A DNA stretch of 64,000 nucleotides. Source: Clostridia bacterium. GTDB taxonomy: Bacteria; Bacillota; Clostridia; TANB77; CAG-465. The notes below the pieces were generated by a model. It made no database searches, had not been told where the DNA came from, and saw only the letters and a program-made list of their open reading frames with translations. Below, in pieces: positions 50,675 through 60,573 of the stretch. The position numbers were made by a program, and so were the translations under genes. Location: the NCBI GenBank assembly GCA_045536565.1, contig JAZSNU010000011.1, forward strand, positions 57,732 to 121,731. Direction: 5' to 3'. Positions within the stretch are counted from its first letter, which is position 1, and each line of letters starts with the position of its first letter.

Positions 50675-51940
50675 ATGTATAAAATTTCCAAATATATAAA
50701 TAATAAATATAAAGAGGTGAATAATTTGAAGTTAATAGATGGAAATTTATATTTTAAGAAAATAAGTAAAAACAACATGCAATATCAGTATCTAAATCAA
50801 AACATATCATGTGATGTACTTATAATAGGTGCAGGTGTAAGTGGAGCAATAACAGCATATTATATGGCAGAAGAAGGATATGATGTTGTTTTAATAGATA
50901 AAAATATAGTTGGATATGGAAGTACTAGTTCTAATGTTGGAATACTAGACACACAATTAGGAATAGAAGTAAGTAAACTAGTAAAAAGTATTGGTGAAAA
51001 GAAAACTAAAAAGTGTAGTACATTAATGTTAGATAGTATAGAAGAATTAAAGAAGATAGTATCAAAACTAGGAAATAAAAATAGTATTAATTTTAAGAAG
51101 TTAAATTCGTTATATTACACAGATAAATTTATGAACAAAAATGGAATTATAAAAGAATATAACACAAAAATAAATTTGGGAATATGTACAAATTTTATAA
51201 CAGAAAATAGTATTATAGATTTAAAATATGGTATAGAGCAAAAAAACGCTAGTGCTACTATGAATGTGTATGAATTTACAAAAGAAATTGTAAATTATAT
51301 ATCTAAAAAAGAAAATGTTAGAGTATATGAAAATACAGAGGCTTGTGATATAAAAAGTAAGGATGATTATATAAAGATAACAACTAGTAATGATTTTAAA
51401 ATAAAAGCAAATAAGGTTATAATTACAGAGGGTGCAGAAGTAGTTAAATATTTTCCGGAAATATCTATTGATTTGTATAAAACATATAATATAGTTACAG
51501 AACCTATTGAAAACCTTAATAATTATGCTCTTGATTTTACAGCGAGAAATATGGATGTCCCTTTTAATTATCTAAGATTTACAGATGATAATAGAATAAT
51601 ATTTGGAGGACAGATAACAAAAGTTACAGATAAAGAATTAAATGAAGAAACTTCAAAGCAAATAGCAAATGTAAGATATAGAAAGTTGTTTAAAACACTT
51701 CAAGAAACTTTCTATAACCTAAAAGATATAACGGTTAAGTATTGTTTTAGTGGTATATTTGCAGAAACAAAAGATTCACTTCCAATTATTGACGAATTAC
51801 CTGGTTTGCCTAATGTATATTGCAATTTATCTTATGGAATAAATGGAATACTTTTTTCTGTAATAGGTGCAAAAATGTTAAAAGAAATAAACAGAGAATA
51901 TTATGCAAGAGATATGCATATGTTTGGAATAAAGAGATAG
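50675..51940 (+). CDS. FAD-dependent oxidoreductase (DAO family); true start may be TTG near 50726
   Basis: IIGAGVSG, G.GSTS, TKDSLPII, YG.NG. Confidence 0.85.
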   Translation: MYKISKYINNKYKEVNNLKLIDGNLYFKKISKNNMQYQYLNQNISCDVLIIGAGVSGAITAYYMAEEGYDVVLIDKNIVGYGSTSSNVGILDTQLGIEVSKLVKSIGEKKTKKCSTLMLDSIEELKKIVSKLGNKNSINFKKLNSLYYTDKFMNKNGIIKEYNTKINLGICTNFITENSIIDLKYGIEQKNASATMNVYEFTKEIVNYISKKENVRVYENTEACDIKSKDDYIKITTSNDFKIKANKVIITEGAEVVKYFPEISIDLYKTYNIVTEPIENLNNYALDFTARNMDVPFNYLRFTDDNRIIFGGQITKVTDKELNEETSKQIANVRYRKLFKTLQETFYNLKDITVKYCFSGIFAETKDSLPIIDELPGLPNVYCNLSYGINGILFSVIGAKMLKEINREYYARDMHMFGIKR

Positions 51941-52063
51941 AAGGATAAGTGGTAGGAATATAAAAAGTAATATTCTTGCCTTTTTATTTTTTATAAGTAT
52001 ATTACCTTGAATATTTTTTTCTAATATAGTAGTATATAGGTATAAGTTTGAGGGGGATGTAGC

Positions 52064-52678
52064 ATGTCAAATCCAGGTAAGTTATATAGCATTTCGTCAG
52101 TATTTTTTGGAGTGGTTTCTGTTTTAACTTCGTTCATATTTTTTATAGGTTTTCCAGCAGCAGTTTTAGGAATAACTTTTGGTTTTTTTGCAGTTAGAAG
52201 ATATTACAGAAAATCTGGTACAACTGCAATTATACTAGGAATTATAGGTATAATAATTACAATAATTGTCTTTGTAAATATAGTAAGTGCTTTAAATGTA
52301 GATAGTTTAATTGCAGGTAAATGGAATGCTGAAACAGGAGAAAGAATGGAGTTCTCAGATAGAGGTGCATATGTTTGGTATCCAGATAATTCAAATTTAA
52401 ATGAATATTCAAATGGATATTATGAATTATCGTCAGGGATATATAAAAATGGGAGAAAATATACAATGGGATATACAGTAACATTAAAACAAGCTAAATA
52501 TACAACTATAAGTGGAACTGATGAATTACAACTTACCCAAAAATGGCTTATATATACACCAGATGAAGAAGTTTTAGAAAGCGGAAGTGATAACTACGAA
52601 ATGATGAATTTAGATACTGGTAGAGTAGTAAAGATAACAAAAGAAAAAACCAAATTGTTTGGAATATTTAGTATATAA
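52064..52678 (+). CDS. Membrane protein (DUF4190-like N-terminus)
   Basis: S.V.G.VS...G.P.AVLGI.FG...A.ILGIIG. Confidence 0.6.
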   Translation: MSNPGKLYSISSVFFGVVSVLTSFIFFIGFPAAVLGITFGFFAVRRYYRKSGTTAIILGIIGIIITIIVFVNIVSALNVDSLIAGKWNAETGERMEFSDRGAYVWYPDNSNLNEYSNGYYELSSGIYKNGRKYTMGYTVTLKQAKYTTISGTDELQLTQKWLIYTPDEEVLESGSDNYEMMNLDTGRVVKITKEKTKLFGIFSI

Positions 52679-52691
52679 TGGGGTGTTTTAT

Positions 52692-53906
52692 ATGGGAAGA
52701 AGGAAAAAATATAAAGTAAATTACAGCAAACTAATATTTTCATTATTGATAATTGCTGCTTTGACCATAGGTATAGTATTTGCAATAAAAGCTATTGCAA
52801 ATACTGATAATGTAGATATATATTTATATGAAGAAAATGATAGTGAAGAGCCAGAAGTACCAAAAGAACCAGAAGAGTATACATTAAAAATTAGTGCGGG
52901 TGGAGATTTGCTAATACATGATACAGTTTTTAAATCAGTAAAAAATTCCGATGGTACATATAATTTTGACCCTATATTTGCAGATATAAAATATATATTT
53001 GAAGAAGCTGATTTATCATTAATAAATTTAGAAGTACCTGTTGCAGGGAATATATATGCACCTTCTAATTATCCTAATTTTAATAGTCCAGTAGAACTTT
53101 TAGATGGTGTTAAAAACATGGGAGTAGATATAGTATCTACTGCAAATAACCACGCATTAGATAAAGGCCTTAATGGTCTTAACGAGACTATAAAAAATGC
53201 TCAGGAAAGAGAAATTGGGGTTGTAGGAACATATCTTACAGAAGATACAAAACCTTTAATAATCGAAAGAAACAATATAAAAGTTGGTGTTGCAGCATAT
53301 ACATATGGAACAAATGGTATACCTATTCCAAGTTCGGCTCCATATTGTGTAAATATAATTAACAAAGATGCAATGAAAAGTGATATAGACTATATGAATG
53401 AGCAAGGTGTAGATTTTAAAATATTCTTAATGCATTTTGGACAGGAATATCAAACTACTCAAAATAGCAGTCAAGAAGATTTGGCTAATTTCCTTGTAAA
53501 CAATGGAGTAGATATAGTGTTCGGTTCACATCCACATGTTCCTCAGCCATATGAAATAAAAAATGTAACATTAGAAGATGGAACAGAAAAACAAGCCTTT
53601 GTTATATATTCACTTGGTAATTTTGTATCACATCAAGCTGATTATTATACAAAACTAGGTGCAGTTGCGTCAGTTACTGTATCTAAAAAAGGTGAAGAAA
53701 AGAAATTAGTTGAACATAAAGTAACACCTATATATACATATATAAAAACAATAAGTGGAAGAAAACAATTTAAAGTTGTCCCACTAGAAAAAGCTATATA
53801 CGAATATGATAATGGGGTTACAACTTATTCTGCTAGCGAGTATAATAGTTTTAAAAAAATGCTAACAGACACAAGTTCTATATATGATAAATTAAATAAT
53901 AATTAA
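52692..53906 (+). CDS. CapA/PGA_cap metallophosphatase-family protein
   Basis: GGD, NLE, ANNHALD, H.G.EY, GSHPHV, YSLGNF. Confidence 0.92.
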   Translation: MGRRKKYKVNYSKLIFSLLIIAALTIGIVFAIKAIANTDNVDIYLYEENDSEEPEVPKEPEEYTLKISAGGDLLIHDTVFKSVKNSDGTYNFDPIFADIKYIFEEADLSLINLEVPVAGNIYAPSNYPNFNSPVELLDGVKNMGVDIVSTANNHALDKGLNGLNETIKNAQEREIGVVGTYLTEDTKPLIIERNNIKVGVAAYTYGTNGIPIPSSAPYCVNIINKDAMKSDIDYMNEQGVDFKIFLMHFGQEYQTTQNSSQEDLANFLVNNGVDIVFGSHPHVPQPYEIKNVTLEDGTEKQAFVIYSLGNFVSHQADYYTKLGAVASVTVSKKGEEKKLVEHKVTPIYTYIKTISGRKQFKVVPLEKAIYEYDNGVTTYSASEYNSFKKMLTDTSSIYDKLNNN

Positions 53907-53907
53907 T

Positions 53908-55209
53908 ATGGAGGAAAGTGTGAATAACAAAATACATAGTAATGAAATAGATAAATTAATAGATGATGTATCACAAAAATTTGGTTATGAGGAAGAGTTA
54001 AATTCTGCTCTAAAAAGAATAGTTCCATATATGATAGATGGAAAAAGTGAAGAAGTTAAGAGTATGTTGTTTGATACTTTAAATAGAGTGAAAATTTTTG
54101 TTTTACCATATGGAGCAAACAGAGAAGATATAGAAAAATGTCAAAATGAAATATTTGTAAAGCAGAATGTAACTTTTGTAGAACCGGATAGAGGAGAATA
54201 TGATAACGGTGATGCAAAAGGTGGCTATGTAGATGAAGCTATTTTTGATGAAAATATGAATATAGTAGGTAGGCAAAGTTATATTGCTATAACAAAATTA
54301 TCAAAATATTCAGATATAGCTAAAATTTATGATACAGATATTAATCTGAGCCATTTAATACACGAACTAGGACATGCTTGGGCTGCTGAAAAAGATGAGT
54401 TTGTGCAAAAAGAAAATGGTGATTATGTCTGTAATATTGGCACATATACACCTGAGTATAAAGTGGATAAACAAAACAGAATTTCCACTAGGATAAGCAA
54501 TGATGGAATGATGATAGAGGATGCATTAAATACTATCCAAGAGGAAGATGTATTGTGTAGGGTGCTTAACATAAACAGCATTGATCAAATTAAGTTTAAA
54601 GGATATATACCTTCTAGTTATCATGGACTTATAGCAGATTTAATGAAAAGTTATGTAGTAAAATATGGAGAAGAAAGTTTTGAAGAATATAGATATTTTA
54701 AAAATAAAGAAACTATAAAAAGTATAGAACAATCACTTGAAGAAACAGAAGCATGGTCATATATGCAGACAGATGATTATAAAAAATACAAAAAAGGAAA
54801 AATTAATAAGGTAAATGAACTAGATATAACAGATGGAGCTAAGCGATTAATAAATAATTTGTTCGAAAAATATGAAGAAGAATATTTCCCTGATAATTCA
54901 AAATTTACTCCTATGCAAAAATTAGAAAATGTTTTTATGCAAATTATAAATTTTGGAAGTGTAAAATATAATATTGATATCAAAAATTTAAAGAATAGTG
55001 AAATATATAATCAAGTAGTATATTCAATGATAAATGAAGGATATGTGATGAAAAATCAAGCAAAAGAAATAATTAAAGAAGATAATACAAAAGAGGAAAG
55101 TGCTTTTATAAATGAACTAAAATCAAGTGTGAAGACAGCCGGAAAAGCAGATCTAGAAAATAAAAAGGTAGGAAATATGGTTGAAAATAAACAATATGAA
55201 AGCAGATAG
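53908..55209 (+). CDS. Hypothetical protein with HEXXH zinc-binding motif
   Basis: HLIHELGHA plus downstream IEDALN. Confidence 0.6.
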   Translation: MEESVNNKIHSNEIDKLIDDVSQKFGYEEELNSALKRIVPYMIDGKSEEVKSMLFDTLNRVKIFVLPYGANREDIEKCQNEIFVKQNVTFVEPDRGEYDNGDAKGGYVDEAIFDENMNIVGRQSYIAITKLSKYSDIAKIYDTDINLSHLIHELGHAWAAEKDEFVQKENGDYVCNIGTYTPEYKVDKQNRISTRISNDGMMIEDALNTIQEEDVLCRVLNINSIDQIKFKGYIPSSYHGLIADLMKSYVVKYGEESFEEYRYFKNKETIKSIEQSLEETEAWSYMQTDDYKKYKKGKINKVNELDITDGAKRLINNLFEKYEEEYFPDNSKFTPMQKLENVFMQIINFGSVKYNIDIKNLKNSEIYNQVVYSMINEGYVMKNQAKEIIKEDNTKEESAFINELKSSVKTAGKADLENKKVGNMVENKQYESR

Positions 55210-55230
55210 AGTAGTATTTTAAAAAATTAG

Positions 55231-55290
55231 TTGACAAAATATATAACAGAGTGTATAATAGTGTAAAGCAAAAACGCTTTACACTATTTT
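55231..55290 (+). promoter_or_regulatory. sigmaA promoter of the ylxM-ffh operon overlapped by an 11-bp inverted repeat
   Basis: TTGACA(55231)-17-TATAAT(55254); TAGTGTAAAGC-N6-GCTTTACACTA. Confidence 0.7.
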
Positions 55291-55314
55291 CTTGGTAATT
55301 GAGGTAGAAATATT

Positions 55315-55611
55315 ATGGAGAAAAATTTAGAGTTTACTCAGTTATATGAAATATATGGACAAATGTTAACTGCTCGTATGCAAGATATATTTGAGCAATA
55401 TTATTATTCTGATTTATCTCTAAGAGAGATAGCAGCAAATAATAATATATCATATCAAGCAGTAAACGATTCTATAAAAAAATCTGAAAAGCAATTACTA
55501 GAATATGAAAAAAATATAAAGGCATTGGAAATGAAACAAGATGTATTGTATTTAATAGAAAATAGTAACAATTCAAAAGAGATTGATAAAATAGCTAGGA
55601 AATATAGGTGA
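55315..55611 (+). CDS. ylxM: YlxM, SRP-associated HTH protein
   Basis: LY..YG.MLT..., YY.DLSL.EIA...IS.QAV.D; upstream of ffh. Confidence 0.9.
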   Translation: MEKNLEFTQLYEIYGQMLTARMQDIFEQYYYSDLSLREIAANNNISYQAVNDSIKKSEKQLLEYEKNIKALEMKQDVLYLIENSNNSKEIDKIARKYR

Positions 55612-55617
55612 TAAATA

Positions 55618-56949
55618 ATGTTTGATAATTTATCTGATAAATTGCAGAAAATTGTTAAGAAAATGAAAGGTGAAACAAGAATAAATGAATCTTCACTTAA
55701 AGAAATGATGAGAGAAGTTAAACTTGCACTTTTAGAAGCCGATGTTAACTACAAAGTTGTAAAAGAATTTATAGCAAATGTCGAAACAAAAGCGCTAGGC
55801 GCTGATGTAATGGATAGTTTGACACCTGGGCAACAAGTAGTAAAAATAGTAAGAGATGAACTTACTGAAATGCTAGGAGGCTCAGAGTCAAAATTAAACA
55901 TATCATCAAGACCACCAACAGTAATAATGTTAGTTGGACTTCAAGGTAGTGGTAAAACAACACTAAGCGGTAAACTTGCAAATTATTTAAGAAAACAAGG
56001 TAAAAAACCACTTCTTGTTGCATGTGATGTGTATAGACCAGCGGCTATTGCACAACTTAAAACATTAGGAAGTTCTTTAAATATTCCTGTATATAGTGAA
56101 GATGATAACAAAAATGTAGTAGAGATTGCAAAACATTCATTAAGAGAAGCAAATAGTAAATTATGTGATGTTGTAATATTAGATACAGCAGGTAGACTTC
56201 AAATAGATACAGAGCTTATGGATGAACTTGTTAATGTAAAAAGAGAAATTAAACCACACGAAATTATGCTTGTAGTAGACAGTATGACAGGTCAGGAAGC
56301 AGTAAATGTAGCATCAACTTTTAATGAAACTCTTGGAATTGATTCATTATCTCTTACGAAATTAGATTCTGATACTCGTGGTGGTGCAGCATTATCTGTA
56401 AAATATATAACAGGTAAACCAATAAAATTTGCGTCAGTTGGTGAAAAACTAAATGAACTTGAAATTTTCCATCCGGACAGAATTGCAAGTAGAATACTTG
56501 GTATGGGTGATGTACTTAGCATTATAGATAAGGCAGAAGAAGCATTTGATGAAAAAGAAGCAGAAGAACTAGAAAAGAGAATTAGAAAAAATGAATTTAC
56601 ATTGGATGATTATTTGAAACAAATGCAAAAAATTAGAAAAATGGGCTCATTTAAACAGATTCTTGGTATGCTGCCTGGTATTCCAAAAGAGATTAGAGAT
56701 GCAGAAATTGATGAAAAACAATTTCTAAAAATAGAAGCAATAATTCAATCAATGACTGCAAAAGAAAGAAAAAATCCTAAAATATTAGATGGAAGCAGAA
56801 GAAAAAGAATTGCAAAAGGTAGTGGCAACAAGGTAGAAGATATAAATAGATTTATGAATCAATATGAACAAATGAGAAAAATGATGAAGCAAATGTTAAG
56901 TGGTAAAAATCCTTTAGGTAATATGAAATTACCAAAGAATTTTAGATAA
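55618..56949 (+). CDS. ffh: Signal recognition particle protein Ffh
   Basis: ALLEADV, GLQGSGKTT, DTAGR, TKLD, M domain. Confidence 0.97.
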   Translation: MFDNLSDKLQKIVKKMKGETRINESSLKEMMREVKLALLEADVNYKVVKEFIANVETKALGADVMDSLTPGQQVVKIVRDELTEMLGGSESKLNISSRPPTVIMLVGLQGSGKTTLSGKLANYLRKQGKKPLLVACDVYRPAAIAQLKTLGSSLNIPVYSEDDNKNVVEIAKHSLREANSKLCDVVILDTAGRLQIDTELMDELVNVKREIKPHEIMLVVDSMTGQEAVNVASTFNETLGIDSLSLTKLDSDTRGGAALSVKYITGKPIKFASVGEKLNELEIFHPDRIASRILGMGDVLSIIDKAEEAFDEKEAEELEKRIRKNEFTLDDYLKQMQKIRKMGSFKQILGMLPGIPKEIRDAEIDEKQFLKIEAIIQSMTAKERKNPKILDGSRRKRIAKGSGNKVEDINRFMNQYEQMRKMMKQMLSGKNPLGNMKLPKNFR

Positions 56950-56991
56950 ATAGTAAATAAAGATATGTAACTTTTAAGGGGGTGAACATAC

Positions 56992-57243
56992 ATGGTAAAA
57001 ATCAGATTAAGAAGAGATGGTTCTAAAAAGAGCCCATACTACACAATGGTAGTAGCAGATTCAAGATATCCTATGGATGGAAGATTTATAGAGAAAGTTG
57101 GAACATATAATCCAATGACTGAACCAAAACAAATAAACATAGATGCAGAAAAAGTTAAAAAATGGATTAAAAATGGTGCAAAACCAACTGATACAGCTAA
57201 GGCTCTTATAGAGAAAGCTGGTATCAATCTAAAGGAGGACTAA
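56992..57243 (+). CDS. rpsP: 30S ribosomal protein S16
   Basis: MVKIRL.R.G.KK.P.Y..VVADSR...DGRFIE. Confidence 0.97.
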   Translation: MVKIRLRRDGSKKSPYYTMVVADSRYPMDGRFIEKVGTYNPMTEPKQINIDAEKVKKWIKNGAKPTDTAKALIEKAGINLKED

Positions 57244-57246
57244 TTT

Positions 57247-57480
57247 ATGTATAGAGAATTAGTAGAATATTTAGTAGGATATTTAGTTGAAGCAAAAGAT
57301 AAAGTTTCTGTAACAGAATTTCAAGATGGTGAGAAATTAGTTGTAAGACTGGAAGTAGCACCAGAAGATATGGGCAGAGTTATAGGAAAAGACGGAAGAA
57401 TAGTTAAAGCATTAAGAGAATTAATTCGTGCTTATTCTGGAAAAGAAAACAAAAAAGTAGTATTGCAAATAGTTGAATAG
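57247..57480 (+). CDS. khpA: KH-domain RNA-binding protein KhpA
   Basis: DMGRVIGKDGR; between rpsP and rimM. Confidence 0.92.
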   Translation: MYRELVEYLVGYLVEAKDKVSVTEFQDGEKLVVRLEVAPEDMGRVIGKDGRIVKALRELIRAYSGKENKKVVLQIVE

Positions 57481-57494
57481 TAGAGGTCTTAAAA

Positions 57495-57986
57495 ATGCAA
57501 TATATTGAATTTGGTAAAATAACAAGTACACATGGTATAAAAGGTGAAATGAAGATTTATCCTTATACAGATGATGTAGATAATATTTTAAAACTCAAAA
57601 AAGTTTACATTAATTCTAAGGAATTTACAGTAAGCAGTATTAAATTTCATAAAAATATGTTTATAACAAAACTAAAAGGAATTGATACGATAGAACAAGC
57701 TGAAAAGTTTAGAAACTGTATAATCCAAAGAGAATTAGATGAAAATGAAGTTTTAGAAGATGATACATATTATATTAAGGATCTTGTAAATTGCACTGTT
57801 TTATTAGAAGATGGAACAAAGTTTGGGAAACTTATTGATGTGTTCCAAACAGGTGCAAATGATGTATATGTAATTAAAACAAATGATAATAATGAAGTTT
57901 TAATTCCTGCCATAAAAGATGTTGTAAAAGATATCGATATAAAGACTAAAAAGATAGTAATAAAGCTTATGGAGGGACTTGTATGA
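57495..57986 (+). CDS. rimM: Ribosome maturation factor RimM
   Basis: GKI..THGIKGE, TGANDVY, LIPA. Confidence 0.95.
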   Translation: MQYIEFGKITSTHGIKGEMKIYPYTDDVDNILKLKKVYINSKEFTVSSIKFHKNMFITKLKGIDTIEQAEKFRNCIIQRELDENEVLEDDTYYIKDLVNCTVLLEDGTKFGKLIDVFQTGANDVYVIKTNDNNEVLIPAIKDVVKDIDIKTKKIVIKLMEGLV

Positions 57987-58684
57987 TTAAATTTACAGTA
58001 ATTACACTTTTTCCTGGACTTTTAAATGAATTTAAAAATACTAGTATTATTAAGAAAGCTATAGAAAAGGATAAAGTTATTATTGATGTACTAGACCTTA
58101 AAGAATTTGGAAAAGGTAAAAGAAAAAATGTAGATGATACTGTATATGGTGGTGGAACAGGTATGGTAATAGCCGTTCCAGTACTAGATAAAGCAATAGA
58201 ATATGTTTTAAATAGCCATCAAGACTACCAAAACAAAATAATATATATGTCTCCAAAAGGGAAAGTATTTAGCCAAACTATGGCAAAAGAATATGCATCA
58301 GATAATAATGAGTCTATCCATTATATTGTTCTATGTGGGCATTATGAGGGAATAGATAGTAGAATATTTGAACTTTATGATATTACTGAAATATCAATTG
58401 GCGATTATGTTCTAACAGGTGGAGAAATACCAGCGATGGTATTTATAGATTCAGTTACAAGACTAGTAGATGGAGTATTAAAAAAAGAGGCAACTCTTTT
58501 AGAATCTCATACAAATAACCTTTTAGAAGAACCACAGTACACAAAGCCATTTGAATATAAAGGGATAAAGGTTCCAGAGGTGCTTATCAGTGGTCATCAT
58601 CAAAAGATTGATGAATTTAGACAAGAGGAAGCACTAAAAGAAACTTTAAATAAAAGACCAGATTTATTAGAAAAAAGAAAGTAA
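57983..58684 (+). CDS. trmD: tRNA m1G37 methyltransferase
   Basis: VDD..YGGG.GM, CGHYEGID, SIGDYVLTGGE. Confidence 0.97.
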   Translation: MIKFTVITLFPGLLNEFKNTSIIKKAIEKDKVIIDVLDLKEFGKGKRKNVDDTVYGGGTGMVIAVPVLDKAIEYVLNSHQDYQNKIIYMSPKGKVFSQTMAKEYASDNNESIHYIVLCGHYEGIDSRIFELYDITEISIGDYVLTGGEIPAMVFIDSVTRLVDGVLKKEATLLESHTNNLLEEPQYTKPFEYKGIKVPEVLISGHHQKIDEFRQEEALKETLNKRPDLLEKRK

Positions 58685-58705
58685 TAAAAAGGAGGGAATT
58701 ATATA

Positions 58706-59053
58706 ATGGATATAATCAGAGCTATTGAAAATGAACAAATAAAAGAAAATGCTCCTAAATTTAATATAGGTGATACAGTTAAAGTACACGTTAAAATTAA
58801 AGAAGGAAACAGAGAAAGAATCCAAGTTTTCGAAGGAGTAGTTATTAAAAGACAAAATGCTGGATTAAACGAAACTTTTACAGTAAGAAAAATATCTTAT
58901 GCAGTTGGAGTTGAAAGAACTTTTGCAGTTCATTCACCAAAAATTGAAAAGATTGAAGTTGTAAGAGAAGGTAAAGTAAGAAGAGCTAAATTATATTATC
59001 TAAGAGATAGAGTTGGTAAAGCTGCTAAACCAAAAGAAAAAGCTAGCAAATAA
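58706..59053 (+). CDS. rplS: 50S ribosomal protein L19
   Basis: [31 protein letters not shown]. Confidence 0.97.
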   Translation: MDIIRAIENEQIKENAPKFNIGDTVKVHVKIKEGNRERIQVFEGVVIKRQNAGLNETFTVRKISYAVGVERTFAVHSPKIEKIEVVREGKVRRAKLYYLRDRVGKAAKPKEKASK

Positions 59054-59217
59054 TATATTAAAAAATATGTATAAAAGAGAATTTAGACAAGAACATTGTC
59101 TAAGTTCTTTTTTTGCACATAAGTTATGATTTTCATATGTTGAAATTTACATAATGCTATGATATAATGTGTGCATTAAAAATTAATATCCATAAATAAT
59201 TTTAAGGAGGAAAGAAA

Positions 59218-59652
59218 ATGAAGGAAAAAATAAAAAAATACATTGATTTGATACCAAAAGATGAACTTCCAAAATGGGAAAAAGTATTACAGGATGAGAG
59301 TGGTAAAGTAACGCTTAAAAATGTTTTATCTTGTCTTGTAGAAAAAGAAATAGTTTTAGATAATTATGACCAAATGAGACATATTTTATGGGGACTAGAT
59401 GATTCTTTAACAGCAAGACAAATAATGCTTTATATAGAACCTAAAATAAATCGTGTTTGTTGGAGTTATATAAGAGGTGCACTTACACGAGGCGTGCCAG
59501 TTGAGGTTATAGAACCTATTATAAATGAAGATTTTAAGATTGAAAAGTTAAATAAGGTAGAAAATAAGTATTTTGAAGAAAAACATGAGAAAGACAAAAA
59601 AGCATTTATAGATTCTTTATTTTTAGATGGTGAATCTTCAAAGGAGGAATAG
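59218..59652 (+). CDS. Hypothetical protein (paralog of the next gene)
   Basis: KNVLSCL.EK.I.LD..DQM..I..G....LT..QIM.Y. Confidence 0.7.
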   Translation: MKEKIKKYIDLIPKDELPKWEKVLQDESGKVTLKNVLSCLVEKEIVLDNYDQMRHILWGLDDSLTARQIMLYIEPKINRVCWSYIRGALTRGVPVEVIEPIINEDFKIEKLNKVENKYFEEKHEKDKKAFIDSLFLDGESSKEE

Positions 59653-59655
59653 GTA

Positions 59656-60051
59656 ATGCAAAACAAATTTTTGAAATATATAAAGTATTGTCGGAATATT
59701 GATGAATGGTATGAGTTATTAAAAACTAAAAAAGAAGTAATCAAAAATGTATTTTCATGTATGGATGAAAAAAATATAGAACTTAATGATTGTTGGCAAA
59801 TGCAAGAAATATATTTCGGTATATATAATGGACTAACACCTGAACAAATTATGGTATATGTTCAGTACTGGTTACCAGTAACTGAATGGAAAAAAATAAG
59901 AGTGGCTATTGAATTAGGTGTTCCTATAGAAAGAATTAAGCCGTTTGTTAAAAGTTCTGATGATTATTCTTATTGTGCTATAACAGAGTTAAAACAAAAA
60001 TATTTTGCAGAATTATTATGTTCAGAAGAAAAAGATAAAACTGAGGTGTAA
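59656..60051 (+). CDS. Hypothetical protein (paralog of the previous gene)
   Basis: KNVFSCM.EK.I.LN..WQM..I..G....LT..QIM.Y. Confidence 0.7.
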   Translation: MQNKFLKYIKYCRNIDEWYELLKTKKEVIKNVFSCMDEKNIELNDCWQMQEIYFGIYNGLTPEQIMVYVQYWLPVTEWKKIRVAIELGVPIERIKPFVKSSDDYSYCAITELKQKYFAELLCSEEKDKTEV

Positions 60052-60201
60052 TATACATCTCGGTTTTTGTATAAATATATATACTTATTTGCATGAAATG
60101 TTGTAACCTTTTGTAAGGTTTTGCTAATTTATATACAAATATATATAACTATGTTAAAATGTGTGCACCAACTTCTTTGTAGGAAGGAGGTGCGCTACTA
60201 A

Positions 60202-60276
60202 GTGGATTTTCTAGTTTTGGTTTTATTTCTTATGATTATATTACTAAAAGAATTAAATTCAAACAATAAGAAATAA
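60202..60276 (+). CDS. Putative type I toxin, 24 aa (copy 1)
   Basis: GTG start, MDFLVLVLFLMIILLKELNSNNKK; GGAAGGAGGTGC RBS can pair with upstream GCACCAACTTCT. Confidence 0.72.
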   Translation: MDFLVLVLFLMIILLKELNSNNKK

Positions 60277-60343
60277 ACAGATAACAGGATAGGGCGATAA
60301 CTCTATCTTGTTATATTTTATGTTTAAATTTTTAAACATATAC

Positions 60344-60415
60344 AAAAAATGCTGAGATATCGATAACTATCTCAGCAACTACTAGTGGATTTACTAATAT
60401 TACAACTTCGTTGCA
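60344..60415 (-). ncRNA. Putative antitoxin sRNA, copy 1 (about 70 nt)
   Basis: TTGACA(60449)-17-TACAAT promoter; terminator hairpin 60350-60377 plus U tract; complementary to the toxin start region. Confidence 0.65.
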
Positions 60416-60573
60416 CTAATATTGTAGCATATATGGAAATAGTTGTCAAATTAAATGAATGATATATGGGATGTATGACAAAAGTAGACAAATGATTTTA
60501 AAAGAATATGGTGTATTATAGATATAACAAAGTCTGAGATGTATATTTACATTTCAGACTTTTGTATATATTG

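Larger units (their letters stand above)
60101..60493 (+). repeat. Copy 1 of a roughly 390-bp duplicated module (type I TA-like)
   Basis: Collinear with 63570-63954 from TTGTAACCTTTTGTAAGG to TGACAAAAGTAGACAAAT. Confidence 0.9.

Noticed and set aside
60281-60415. Repeated hairpins as a CRISPR mini-array
   Set aside because: Only two non-identical hairpins per module, no regular spacers and no cas genes.
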